From Deltaproteobacteria bacterium (GTDB lineage: Bacteria > Desulfobacterota > Desulfarculia > JACQYL01), in NCBI GenBank assembly GCA_016208165.1, contig JACQYL010000001.1:8099-72098 (forward strand): a stretch of DNA of 64,000 nucleotides, given 5' to 3'. Made by a program: the position numbers and the translations under genes. Positions 37,946 to 47,919 of this stretch are shown in pieces. Numbering within the stretch: position 1 is the first letter of the stretch; every line of letters begins with the position of its first letter. A model generated the notes under the pieces. The model was not told the origin of the DNA. It did not search any database and saw nothing but the letters and a program-made list of their open reading frames with translations.

Positions 37946-38902
37946 TTGCATCAGATATTGAACGAGTTGTCTTTCCAGAAGGTCTCTACGAGCGTAAAGG
38001 ATGCCCAGGAACGCATGCATATGCTCTTGCTCGTTTTCAAGGCCGTTGCTGATTGCGGTTCTGAGAAGATCCTTCGTACCAAACGAAACCTTATGTCCGA
38101 ATTGGTTGCTTCCCAATATACTGTCTCGCACTGGCTTCAGGACAGACGCGTGAACCGGGACGAACGGTTATTATTCAAGACCGTAGCAACGAAAGCCCCT
38201 TTTGTCGAGGAACTCTGGAACAAATTGGAATCAGACGACTTGGGCCTGCACGAATTCTATTTCCAAGGTCAAAAAGCTGAGGGTTTGGGCGTGGCTTATC
38301 TTGACGATACATGTGCTCTTTCCCTTGGAGGTGATCAGAGGTTCGAACAGGATCCCATTCAAGTCGTGTATCAAGTGATGTATGCCCTAAATAGTAGATT
38401 GGGATCCGAAACTGTGGAAGTCTGCTCTTTGAGTAACTTAGACCATGTATGCCGCCGTTGCGTATGGATTGGTGAACGTGCTCAAAGACAGGTCGTCGAT
38501 GGGGTCTCACTCTGGGAGCAAAAGGAATCTCTATTTCCTCGTCTCGCGTTTCTCCCTGCAACCAAGGCGCAAATTCAACAGTTATCGGGGCGTGAACCTC
38601 ATTTCCGCCAAGTTCTTAAACATCTTTTCATACTGAACAGTGCGATGAAAAAGTGGGCTGGAGGGCCGTACAACCCGGAAGGCATCGAATGGTCCGCAGA
38701 AAGCCTGTCTACAAGGACCAGCAAGAAACTTGCGGACGCCCGCAGGTTTTCTAATTCTAACGGTAACTTCGCAGTATATAATTACCACACGAAGATTAGA
38801 GGCATCAACTGGCGCATACACTTCCATCCTGATACTGAAAAACAGATCGTGACCATAGCATACATAGGACGACATCTGCCAACAGCCAGACACGGAAAGT
38901 AA
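37946..38902 (+). CDS. hypothetical protein, third gene of the island; C-terminal ~45 aa resemble a RelE/ParE-fold toxin
   Basis: No catalytic motif is recognised in the N-terminal 270 aa. The C-terminus (FAVYNYHTKIRGINWRIHFHPDTEKQIVTIAYIGRHLP) follows the RelE/ParE pattern [R-hh-Y/F-x-h-x(6)-h-x-h-xx-h-G-x-H]. It starts 19 nt after the ATPase stop. Confidence 0.55.
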   Translation: MHQILNELSFQKVSTSVKDAQERMHMLLLVFKAVADCGSEKILRTKRNLMSELVASQYTVSHWLQDRRVNRDERLLFKTVATKAPFVEELWNKLESDDLGLHEFYFQGQKAEGLGVAYLDDTCALSLGGDQRFEQDPIQVVYQVMYALNSRLGSETVEVCSLSNLDHVCRRCVWIGERAQRQVVDGVSLWEQKESLFPRLAFLPATKAQIQQLSGREPHFRQVLKHLFILNSAMKKWAGGPYNPEGIEWSAESLSTRTSKKLADARRFSNSNGNFAVYNYHTKIRGINWRIHFHPDTEKQIVTIAYIGRHLPTARHGK

Positions 38903-39197
38903 AAGCAGCCGACTCAAGTTCAAGACTTCCATTCTTTTTTTTGCAGAAGCGGAACAGCTATTCGGTTTCCGATTGGGATCTCAATATTTACCTGCCAGGA
39001 TCATGATCCTTTTCTCCCCCACTGCGGCCGCATTTTTTAAATAGACGACCACCGGATTTCGTTCTATATTCAGGTACATCCTCTTCTAAAGGGAGCTCTG
39101 GAGGTTCATTCGTCGGGGAGCGGGCCTGGTGGCGCCGGCTGAGCAGGTAGGAAGTTCCCCCGGCGGACCGGGCCGATTCGAACCATGGGATGACCCT

Positions 39198-39875
39198 ATG
39201 CACGAAAGTCATGTGTCCATCGAAGTAGCGGGTGCGGGCGGCGTGTCGGGTATCGTTTCCATGCCGGGCGATTTCCGCCCGGGTACGGGGACTGCGGTGG
39301 TCCTCGCCCACGGAGCGGGCAATGACATGCACAACCCGTTGCTCGAGGCCGTGGCTTCGGGACTGGCGGATGCCGGGTATCCGGCGCTACGGTTTAATTT
39401 TCCTTACAAGGAACAGGGGCGCAAGGCCCCGGACCGCCGGGAAATCCTCGAGTCGGCCTGGCAATCCGCGTTCGAATTTATGGAAGAACACGACGAAATC
39501 AGACCGGAACGCGTGGTGGCCGCCGGAAAATCCATGGGCGGCCGCATCGCCGCCGAGATGGTGTCCGCCGGCGCACTGCCCGCGGACCGGCTCGTCTTTC
39601 TGGGATATCCGTTGCACGCGCCCGGCGAGAAAGATCGCCTGCGGGATGCCCGTCTTTATGATATTTCGGTTCCCATGCTGTTCTTCGCCGGCTCAAGGGA
39701 CTCTTTATGCGATCTGAAACTTCTCAGGAGCGTGTTGTCCAAACTGAGAGCGCCCTGGGACCTCGAGGTCATTGATGGGGGCGACCATTCCTTTAAGTTG
39801 CCCAGAGCGTCCGGGATTTCAGAAACCGATGTATTTGCCCGTATCGTGAGCAAGATGCTTGACTGGCTCACTTAG
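39198..39875 (+). CDS. alpha/beta-hydrolase fold protein (dienelactone hydrolase/KANL3-like)
   Basis: Contains AVVLAHGAGNDMHNPL and the nucleophile elbow AAGKSMGGRIAA, with Asp/His downstream (GSRDSLCD, GGDHSF). Confidence 0.75.
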   Translation: MHESHVSIEVAGAGGVSGIVSMPGDFRPGTGTAVVLAHGAGNDMHNPLLEAVASGLADAGYPALRFNFPYKEQGRKAPDRREILESAWQSAFEFMEEHDEIRPERVVAAGKSMGGRIAAEMVSAGALPADRLVFLGYPLHAPGEKDRLRDARLYDISVPMLFFAGSRDSLCDLKLLRSVLSKLRAPWDLEVIDGGDHSFKLPRASGISETDVFARIVSKMLDWLT

Positions 39876-39971
39876 GCTTTCAGCAACATCAGGCAGGTGT
39901 ATCACGGAATTTTGGCCAAGAACCCGTTCAACAAGCATCCGCCACTCAAAAGATAGGGACCACCACCCACC

Positions 39972-41066
39972 ATGCCGAATACAGACAAGAAACGTTTGAT
40001 GACCCGGTTGCTGAGCCTGACAGGAGCGTTGCTGCTGCTTTTGCTCCTGGGGCTCTGGGTGACGAGGGCGTTCAATGAAAAGATTGCGCCGGACAAAATT
40101 CCTTTGTCCGAGGCCCGCATAGGACCGGGGGATACTCCGGCGGCTGTTGAATGGACCGAAATGCCCCTGGTGGCGGAGGCTGTGGGAACGGTGAGGGCCA
40201 AACACAGCACGCTGATCGCGAGTAAACTCCTCGAACGCGTGGAAAAGGTCAATGTTTATGCAGGAGATCTAGTGAAAGCAGGGGACCTTCTGATCGAGCT
40301 GGACCGCGGGGAGCTCGAGGCCAGGAAGGCGGCGGCCCGGGCAGGCTACGAGTCCGCCAAGGCGGAAGGCATGCTCCGGTCACGGGAATTCCGTCGGGTC
40401 AGCGAACTGTTGGATCGGAAGTCCGCCAGTGAGCAGGAATTCGATCTGGCGAAAATGAAAAAGTCCGCGGCCGAAGCGAATGTCGACAGAGCGTTGGAAG
40501 AAATCCAGGTGGTGGAATCGTCTTTGAAATTTACCCGGATTCCTGCACCCGTCAACGGCAGAATTATCGAACGCATGGTGGAGCCGGGAGATATGGCCGT
40601 ACCCGGAAAAACGCTGCTCACCATGTACGATCCCGCCAATCTGCGACTCGAGGCGACGGTTCGGGAATCGCTGCTGCCGTTCATCCGCCTTGGAATGGAG
40701 CTCGATATGCGAATTGACGCCGGCGATTGCAGTTGTCGGGGCCCCGTCGAAGAAATCGTTCCCCAGGCTTCCGAGACGAGCCGCGCCTTTACGGTGAAGG
40801 TGGTCCTTCCCTATCGTGAGGGGCTTTTCCCCGGTATGTTCGGTCGGCTGTATGTACCTCACGGCGCCACCCACCGGCTCCTCGTTCCCGCATCCGCGGT
40901 CCGACGGATCGGACAGGTTGAACTCGTGGACCTGGTGCGTCCGGACGGGACGGTCGTGCGGCAGGAGGTGCAAACGGGCAGACGGTTCGGGGACCGGCTC
41001 GAGGTCCTTTCGGGAATCGAGTCTCCCGAGCCGGGAGCCCCGCTTCAGCGGGTTCTGCTGCATTGA
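39972..41066 (+). CDS. efflux RND transporter periplasmic adaptor subunit (membrane fusion protein)
   Basis: An N-terminal TM anchor, coiled-coil/lipoyl-like segments (VYAGDLVKAGDLLIELD; IPAPVNGRIIERMVEPGDMA) and a beta-barrel tail. Confidence 0.85.
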   Translation: MPNTDKKRLMTRLLSLTGALLLLLLLGLWVTRAFNEKIAPDKIPLSEARIGPGDTPAAVEWTEMPLVAEAVGTVRAKHSTLIASKLLERVEKVNVYAGDLVKAGDLLIELDRGELEARKAAARAGYESAKAEGMLRSREFRRVSELLDRKSASEQEFDLAKMKKSAAEANVDRALEEIQVVESSLKFTRIPAPVNGRIIERMVEPGDMAVPGKTLLTMYDPANLRLEATVRESLLPFIRLGMELDMRIDAGDCSCRGPVEEIVPQASETSRAFTVKVVLPYREGLFPGMFGRLYVPHGATHRLLVPASAVRRIGQVELVDLVRPDGTVVRQEVQTGRRFGDRLEVLSGIESPEPGAPLQRVLLH

Positions 41067-41100
41067 TGCGAGACAGACTTTGATAACGTTGAGGTGACGA

Positions 41101-44100
41101 GTGTCTGAAGTGTCTCAGCAAAGGGATGGCGTGATCGGAGGTGTGGTCCGGGCCTTCATCAGCCGGAATCTGTCCGTTCTGCTGATCCTGTTCGCGCTGG
41201 CCGCCGGTATGGGCGCTCTCCTGATGACCCCCCGAGAGGAAGATCCCCAGATCGTAGTCCCCATGGCGGACGTGTTCGTCCGCATGCCCGGTTTCAGCGC
41301 CGGCGAGGTCGAGCGACTGGTGGCCACGCGTCTCGAAAAACTGCTCTACCAGATCGACGGAGTGGAATACGTTTACAGCATGTCCAAACCCAACCTGGCC
41401 GTGGTGACGGTTCGGTTCTATGTGGGCGAGGATCGGGAAGACAGTCTCATTCGTTTGTACAACAAGATTCAGATGAATGTGGATTTTATTCCACCGGGAG
41501 TTACGGGATGGGTCGTAAAACCGGTGGAAATAGACGACGTTCCCATTCTGTGCGCCACGTTGTTCAGCCGGCGATACAAGGAGTACGAACTCCGGCGGGT
41601 GGCGGAAGAACTGGAAATCGAGCTTCAGGCTATTCCCGATACGGGCGTAACCAGAATCGTTGGGGGACTCCGGCGCCGACTCAACGTGCGTTTGGATGCG
41701 GAGGCCATGGCCGCTCATGGTCTGCAGCCTTTGGACCTGTCCCGGGCTCTTGCGGCCGCCAACGTTACGTTAAGAGCCGGTTCGTTTGACTCGGTCAATC
41801 GGGAACAGGTTGTGGACGCGGGCGATGCACTGGCTCGTCCGGAAGACGTCATGAACCTGGTGGTGGGCGTTCACGAGAGCCGGCCGGTGTACCTCCGGGA
41901 TGTGGCGCGGGTTTCGGATGGTTCCGACGAAATCGACAGCTATACCCGTTTCGGTTTCGGACCGGCGGCGGACCCTCGATGGACCGGTTCGGACCATCAG
42001 GCTTCCCCGGGTCCTTATCCTTCGGTTACCATTGCCGTCGCCAAGAAGAAAGGCGCCAACGCCATAAGCGTCTCCCGGGCCGTTCAGGCTCGACTGGAGG
42101 AGCTCAGGAGCACGGTTCTGCCGGACGGAATGGACATCGCCATTACCCGGGATTACGGCCGGACAGCCAACGACAAGGTGAACGACTTAGTGGAATCCCT
42201 CATCGTTGCAGGGATTATCGTGGCCGGGCTGATTCTGTTTTCCATGGGGTGGCGCGAAGCCTTCATTGTAGTTACCGCGGTGCCCATAACGTTCAGTTTG
42301 TCGCTTCTGGTCAACTACCTGGCCGGCTATACCATCAATCGGGTGACCCTTTTCGCCCTGATCCTGTCTCTGGGATTGGTGGTGGACGACCCCATCACCA
42401 ATGTGGACAACATCCAGCGGCACATACGCATGCGCCTGCGCAAACCGTTGGACGCCACGATTGCCGCGGTGCAGGAGGTGTTGCCGCCGGTGATTCTTTC
42501 CACGCTGGCCATCATTGTTAGCTTCACGCCCATGTTCTTTATCACGGGCATGATGGGTCCTTACATGAGGCCCATGGCGATCAACGTGCCGTTGGCGGTG
42601 ACGTTCAGCACTGTGTGCGCCCTTACCATCGTGCCCTGGCTCAGTTATTATCTGCTGCGAAAACAGGGAGAGAGCGAGTCGGCCGAAACCGTTCCTCGAG
42701 ATGTGACGCCGGCCTGGCTGCGCAAAAGCTACAGCCGGATTATGCGTCCGTTTCTATCCTCGTCCTATTGGCGTTTCCTGCTGCTCGCCGGGACGGTGGT
42801 TCTGTTTTTCGGAGCCGTGTCTCTGGCCGCCCTAGGGCTGGTACCGCTCAAGATGCTGCCGTTCGACAACAAGAATGAGCTGCAGATCGTGGTGGACATG
42901 CCCGAAGGAACGACCCTCGAGCGCACGGCGGAAGCCACGGACGCCATAGCCGGGTATCTGCCGAGTGTACCCGAGATGACCGATTATACCACGTATGTGG
43001 GCCTTTCGAGCCCCATGGACTTTAACGGTCTGGTGCGGCACTATTATCTTCGGGAAGGCAGCAATGTGTCCGACATCCGAGTGAACCTGATCGACAAATA
43101 TCACCGCGAGCAGCAGAGTCACGCCATCGCGCTGCGGATCCGAAAGGATATCGAGCACATAGCCGAACGGTTCCATGCCAATGTTAAAATCGTGGAAATT
43201 CCGCCGGGACCGCCCGTTATCGCCACCATAACGGCCGAAATATACGGAGCGCCTTACAGCACCTACCAAGAAATGATCGAAGCCTCGGGCATGGTTCGGG
43301 ACATGATGGCCAAGGAGCCTCTGCTCGTGGATCTGGACGTTTCGGTGGAATTTCCTCAAACTCTGTATGTGTTCAAAGTGGACAAAGTGAAAGCCGCTTT
43401 GAACGGCGTTTCCACCGAGGATATTGCCCGTACGGTGCAGATGGCTCTGGGGGGAGCGGACGCCGGGGTGGTGCATCTTCCACACGAAGCGAATCCGTTC
43501 AACATCTATCTGCAACTTCCGATGGCTCGAAGATCAACGTTGCAGGACCTCAAGGCGCTTTATGTCCGGGGGAATCCGGGCGTGCCGGTGCAGATTGCCG
43601 AACTGGGTCTTTTCACGGAGTCGACCGTGGATCAGACGATCTACCATAAGAATCTCCGCCGCCTGGTGTACATTTATGGTGAATTGGCGGGCCGACCGCC
43701 GGCGGAAGCGATTTTCAGCATGCAACGGAAGCTCGAACGAAACCCCTTGCCGGAAGGATTTCAGGTCGAATGGACGGGTGAAGGAGAATGGAAGATCACG
43801 GTGGATGTGTTCAGAGATCTAGGAATCGCCTTCGCCGTTGCGTTTTTGGGTATATACATTCTCCTGGTGTACGAAACGAGGAGCTACCTGATTCCCTGCG
43901 TATTGTTGATCGCGGTGCCTCTGACCATCATCGGCATCATGCCCGGCTTCTGGCTGCTCAACGCGGTGACGGGAGGACAGGTGGGAGGTTACCCGAATCC
44001 GATTTTCTTCACGGCCACCGCGATGATCGGGACCATTGCCCTGGCGGGCATCGTGGTTCGCAACTCCGTGGTGCTGATCACCTTCATAAGGGACGAACTC

Positions 44101-44355
44101 GCCGAGGGACAGTCCCTCGAGGCCGCCATACTATCGAGCGGAGCCGTGCGCATGCGGCCCATTTTCCTGACGGCCGCGACTACGGCGCTGAGCGCCTGGC
44201 CCATAACCCTGGCCCCCATATTTTCCGGTCTGGCCTGGGCGTTGATCTTCGGGCTGTTCGTGTCAACGGCGTTCTCACTAGTAATGGTTCCCGTGGTCTA
44301 TTTCATGATATATAGGAAGCGGTTCGGAACGAGTGGAGCATACGGGGGATCGTGA
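41101..44355 (+). CDS. efflux RND transporter permease (AcrB/CzcA family, 12 TM)
   Basis: 1084 aa with the conserved RND TM4 region (ALILSLGLVVDDPITNVDNI) and duplicated periplasmic and TM halves. Confidence 0.9.
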   Translation: MSEVSQQRDGVIGGVVRAFISRNLSVLLILFALAAGMGALLMTPREEDPQIVVPMADVFVRMPGFSAGEVERLVATRLEKLLYQIDGVEYVYSMSKPNLAVVTVRFYVGEDREDSLIRLYNKIQMNVDFIPPGVTGWVVKPVEIDDVPILCATLFSRRYKEYELRRVAEELEIELQAIPDTGVTRIVGGLRRRLNVRLDAEAMAAHGLQPLDLSRALAAANVTLRAGSFDSVNREQVVDAGDALARPEDVMNLVVGVHESRPVYLRDVARVSDGSDEIDSYTRFGFGPAADPRWTGSDHQASPGPYPSVTIAVAKKKGANAISVSRAVQARLEELRSTVLPDGMDIAITRDYGRTANDKVNDLVESLIVAGIIVAGLILFSMGWREAFIVVTAVPITFSLSLLVNYLAGYTINRVTLFALILSLGLVVDDPITNVDNIQRHIRMRLRKPLDATIAAVQEVLPPVILSTLAIIVSFTPMFFITGMMGPYMRPMAINVPLAVTFSTVCALTIVPWLSYYLLRKQGESESAETVPRDVTPAWLRKSYSRIMRPFLSSSYWRFLLLAGTVVLFFGAVSLAALGLVPLKMLPFDNKNELQIVVDMPEGTTLERTAEATDAIAGYLPSVPEMTDYTTYVGLSSPMDFNGLVRHYYLREGSNVSDIRVNLIDKYHREQQSHAIALRIRKDIEHIAERFHANVKIVEIPPGPPVIATITAEIYGAPYSTYQEMIEASGMVRDMMAKEPLLVDLDVSVEFPQTLYVFKVDKVKAALNGVSTEDIARTVQMALGGADAGVVHLPHEANPFNIYLQLPMARRSTLQDLKALYVRGNPGVPVQIAELGLFTESTVDQTIYHKNLRRLVYIYGELAGRPPAEAIFSMQRKLERNPLPEGFQVEWTGEGEWKITVDVFRDLGIAFAVAFLGIYILLVYETRSYLIPCVLLIAVPLTIIGIMPGFWLLNAVTGGQVGGYPNPIFFTATAMIGTIALAGIVVRNSVVLITFIRDELAEGQSLEAAILSSGAVRMRPIFLTAATTALSAWPITLAPIFSGLAWALIFGLFVSTAFSLVMVPVVYFMIYRKRFGTSGAYGGS

Positions 44356-44867
44356 AAGGGGACAAAATCCGACCGATCGAGATGAAAGAAACAGACGCTC
44401 CTGATCCGGAAGCATTTTCGCCGTCCGGGAGTGCGACTGACGGCGCCTCGCGCCGAAGCGTGCTGTTTCTGATTTGGGCCCTTGTCCTAATAGTTTTGGC
44501 GGTCATGCTTCGAAGCATCTCTGCTTTCCTGGCGGCAAGCGGGCCGAAGGAAAAGGTACGATATCCCGTGCCCATGCCTGAGCGGTTCCCTTTCAAAGGA
44601 GCCGAATTCTGGCTGGACCGCGACGACCAAGGCCTGTTCGCGTTCCTGGATCGTTGCCCTCATCTGGGGTGCAAACCCGTTTACTATCCGGATCGGAAGG
44701 AATATGTTTGTCCCTGCCACGGAAGCCGTTTCTCGGAAGGCGGAATATACGAGTCCGGTCCGGCCCGAAAGAGCATGCAACGGATCCTGGTCCGCCGTGG
44801 GCGGGATGACGAACTTATGGTCGATCTCCGAGAAAACGTGTCCGAGTCCTACCGGGTAGGCGTGTAG
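44352..44867 (+). CDS. Rieske [2Fe-2S] domain protein with N-terminal membrane anchor
   Basis: Rieske boxes CPHLGC ... CPCHGS. A TM helix (VLFLIWALVLIVLAVML). The start overlaps the RND stop (GTGA); an alternative ATG lies at 44382. Confidence 0.7.
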   Translation: MKGDKIRPIEMKETDAPDPEAFSPSGSATDGASRRSVLFLIWALVLIVLAVMLRSISAFLAASGPKEKVRYPVPMPERFPFKGAEFWLDRDDQGLFAFLDRCPHLGCKPVYYPDRKEYVCPCHGSRFSEGGIYESGPARKSMQRILVRRGRDDELMVDLRENVSESYRVGV

Positions 44868-45013
44868 CGCATGAGCGCTTTACCGCCCCTTGAAGCCTCT
44901 CCCGAATCGGTATTTCCCGCCTGTTTCAACAACCATGGTCTATGACGCATTCCCGATGCCATGGGATTGAATCGACTTTGGTTCGTTGCAGAATTTTCGT
45001 TTCAGTACCCTTT

Positions 45014-45937
45014 TCAAATGAAGTTCCTGTAGTCAAATGTCTCGAGGTACTGCCAGGTCCGGATGCGGATCTCCTCGCGCTCTTCGACCGATAGTTCGGC
45101 GGCGGTAGCCTTGTTTGCCTCGGGTGTCGCCTTTTTGATGGTCCCCCACGGGTAGACCTCCTCGAGGGGTATTGAATTGAACGTCGGTTGGCCAAGGCTG
45201 TGGGCCGACTCGAGACCAAGCTTCTCACAGATTGCTCCGAGCGTCTTTTCAGGGGAAGCCATCACATCCTCGGTCCGCACTATGTGAAGCCTTCCCGGAA
45301 ATTTCTTCCGGCCCAGGAGCGCAAAATGCTGGTTGAGGTTCCAGCCCAGGATGTAGTTCGCCAAGCTCATCGGGACCGGCCTCTTCTTGGTATCGGCGTA
45401 CGCTGACCATGGATTTCGAACAACATGGAGAAAATGTGCATTGGGGAAATCATAAAAAATCTTCTCGAAATCCACAACGACTATCGGACTGTATCCGACG
45501 TATAAGGTCCGTTTCCCATTGTGCCTGTAGTCTTTCCACGCATCGAAGGTGGACTTGAAGAATGCCGCTATGTTTGTCGACCTCGACCTGCCTGATTCCC
45601 TGATATAGCTCTGATAGATTTCGCGGCGATTGTCGTCGGAAAAGTCGAAGGGCATATGGCGAAACTTGCTCGCATGAGGCGTTCGTGCTCGAATCTTGCA
45701 CTCCTCATCGATAATCGCCTTGTAGTCGTCGATGGCCGAGGCGTTGAGTTCAAAAGCAGGCCAACGGTATTTCACGGGGAAAACGGATGAGAGCATATCC
45801 TGGACCAGGCAGGTCCCGATCTGCGATTCGAAAGGATACACAAACATCTGGGGATGACCGTCAAACAGTCGGTGGGTGACGTTTCCTCCGTTCTCATACA
45901 TCGCGCCGATCATTAGCAACCGGAATTCCATTTCCAT
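45014..45937 (-). CDS. sulfotransferase-family-like protein
   Basis: The size and overall pattern resemble Sulfotransfer_3, but the canonical PAPS-binding motif is not clear-cut. It is the last gene of a three-gene minus-strand operon. Confidence 0.45.
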   Translation of the reverse strand: MEMEFRLLMIGAMYENGGNVTHRLFDGHPQMFVYPFESQIGTCLVQDMLSSVFPVKYRWPAFELNASAIDDYKAIIDEECKIRARTPHASKFRHMPFDFSDDNRREIYQSYIRESGRSRSTNIAAFFKSTFDAWKDYRHNGKRTLYVGYSPIVVVDFEKIFYDFPNAHFLHVVRNPWSAYADTKKRPVPMSLANYILGWNLNQHFALLGRKKFPGRLHIVRTEDVMASPEKTLGAICEKLGLESAHSLGQPTFNSIPLEEVYPWGTIKKATPEANKATAAELSVEEREEIRIRTWQYLETFDYRNFI

Positions 45938-46039
45938 GTATTCTTGCGCCTCGCGTCGAGGTTTTCCGATGGTGAACTCCGCGTCGGAAAAAAACCTTTC
46001 GGCATCAATTGCGAAGGTATTTCGCCGGGCGGAACTCGG

Positions 46040-47227
46040 TCAGGTTCTAAAATTATAGAAAAGTTCCTCGATCTCCACTTTCCGGGTCCTGCCATTTCCC
46101 GGCAGGGGAAAACCTGAAACGCAGCCGGCGGGCAGCCATTCGATGGAAAAAACCTGGTTCCCGTGTGGCCAGATGAGGCTCCCAATGATCTCTCCCGACC
46201 TTACATCCACCATGTGAATGCCGCATATACTACTCTCGATATCCAGTCCCGGAGCGTATTGGCCGAAACGGGGAATGACCTTCGATGTGCCCAGGAATGC
46301 AATATCTTCATGGAAGCAAAGTCCCCGTGTCCAACCGTTCAGTCTTACCACAGCCTCGAATTTTCCGTCGTCTATGAAGCCCATCTCGCCGTACCCGCTG
46401 TTATCGACCCATAACCGGCCCCGGTGAAGTCGCGCCGAATGCGGCCTGGTAAGACCTCGCGCCACGGGCTCGCCCGTTTTCCCGGAGAAGATCACACCTC
46501 TTCCTTTAACCGGGAAATTCCTGTGACCAGGACGCCTGGATGAGATACGCTCCGATGAGGCCGAGAAAAAGGATTCGTTGATGGAGTTCCCGGCGGCTAT
46601 GGAATTCAACTGGAGATAATTTATCCCCAGAGAGGGTTCCGACCCGGTTTCGATGCACCGGGGCCACCAGACGTGCTCGAACCTGCCGTCATTTCCCAGG
46701 CGAATCACTGAGTTGTTTCCCACTGAATTGGCGTGTAGTTCCCGGCCGATGAGTGCTATGTCGTGAATATACAGACAGCCGGGGAAAAACCTGGAGCCCA
46801 CGGGCACGAGGCTCTTATCGCCACCGGTCCCGCGCCATTTCGCTTCCTTGCGTTCCTGCCGCCCGCGAGCGGGAAGGAATTCGAAAATCTGGTTTGGATT
46901 CCGAGTGCTTGCTACATATAGTCTGCAGGCTTGTCTGTCCACGGCCAGGCCGGAAGGATGAGGAATCGGCCATCTGGTGACCCGTCCATTCCCTTTTCCA
47001 TCGGTCCCCAGGGCGATCAGCGAGTGCTCGTATTCCCTGCTGACGATGAGGGTTATTTCCGCGGATTCCAGAGTGTCCCACCACTTGCCGCTTACGTAAA
47101 ACTCGAGAAGCCTTGGATCGATACTACCGGCCCCGTCCCACAGTCCCGCAACCTGGGCCGGATTTCTCCAAAGAGCTTCGTTTCTGCCCCACAAACCGTC
47201 CGGTTCGGTCCATGAAACGCCTTTCAT
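46040..47227 (-). CDS. conserved hypothetical protein (possible beta-propeller; TIGR03032-like by memory)
   Basis: 395 aa, Gly/Trp-rich with repeated beta-strand-like segments. It overlaps the GT2 gene stop by 4 nt. Confidence 0.45.
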   Translation of the reverse strand: MKGVSWTEPDGLWGRNEALWRNPAQVAGLWDGAGSIDPRLLEFYVSGKWWDTLESAEITLIVSREYEHSLIALGTDGKGNGRVTRWPIPHPSGLAVDRQACRLYVASTRNPNQIFEFLPARGRQERKEAKWRGTGGDKSLVPVGSRFFPGCLYIHDIALIGRELHANSVGNNSVIRLGNDGRFEHVWWPRCIETGSEPSLGINYLQLNSIAAGNSINESFFSASSERISSRRPGHRNFPVKGRGVIFSGKTGEPVARGLTRPHSARLHRGRLWVDNSGYGEMGFIDDGKFEAVVRLNGWTRGLCFHEDIAFLGTSKVIPRFGQYAPGLDIESSICGIHMVDVRSGEIIGSLIWPHGNQVFSIEWLPAGCVSGFPLPGNGRTRKVEIEELFYNFRT

Positions 47228-47919
47228 TTGCGACCTCCGGGCGAATTCAGGTAAAATCCAAAGGCCCCTCCGTACATTCTCAGCGCCGATAAAATGCCTG
47301 TGGTGCTTTTTCCTCCGTGCCGGGGCGTCAGGTTAATCGGGAATTCCACTATCCTGTACCCATTCATGGTGCACCGGAAAATAAACTCCATGTCGAAGAG
47401 GTCGCCGTCCTCGGATAGTGTAAGCAGGTGCTTAAAATCCCTGGGAAATAACTTGGGGGTACCGTTTATGTCCCAAACCGGAATGTCGAACAGCATCCGG
47501 CATTGGATATTATAGAGGATGGAGCCCAGCCTGCGCAGGGCAGTTTCGCGAATTTTGCGATTGGCCTTGACCACGATTCCGGGGTTGTCCAAAGCGAACT
47601 GGATTGAAAACAGGAGATCGTCGGCCGTGGTACGGGCGGAATTGGTGAAGCACAGAAGATTGCCGCCCGCGGAACTCATGCCCAGTTTTACGGCAAGCCC
47701 CCAGCCACCGGTGCGACTGACAATCAGGCGGACATTCTCGCGCCTCTCCGCGAGGTCCCGGCAGAGGGCCTCCGAGTTGTCACGGCAGCCGTTTACTACC
47801 AGTATGATTTCATAAGGGACGGTGAGCTCGGCGAGCTTCTCCGCGTACTCGTTTACAACGGTTCGGATGTGATCAGCCTGATTGCAAATGGGAAGAACTA
47901 TAGAGCAGAGCGTGTACAT
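47224..47919 (-). CDS. family 2 glycosyltransferase
   Basis: Reads YTLCSIVLPICNQADHIR...YEIILVVNGCRDNS (GT-A DxD-like region). The start is set at internal ATG 47919. Confidence 0.8.
   Translation of the reverse strand: MYTLCSIVLPICNQADHIRTVVNEYAEKLAELTVPYEIILVVNGCRDNSEALCRDLAERRENVRLIVSRTGGWGLAVKLGMSSAGGNLLCFTNSARTTADDLLFSIQFALDNPGIVVKANRKIRETALRRLGSILYNIQCRMLFDIPVWDINGTPKLFPRDFKHLLTLSEDGDLFDMEFIFRCTMNGYRIVEFPINLTPRHGGKSTTGILSALRMYGGAFGFYLNSPGGRK

Noticed and set aside
39170-39195. GGTTCGAATCG-like tRNA T-loop motif on the minus strand
   Set aside because: The flanking sequence cannot form a T-stem or acceptor stem. The region is the 5' leader and start of the alpha/beta hydrolase gene.
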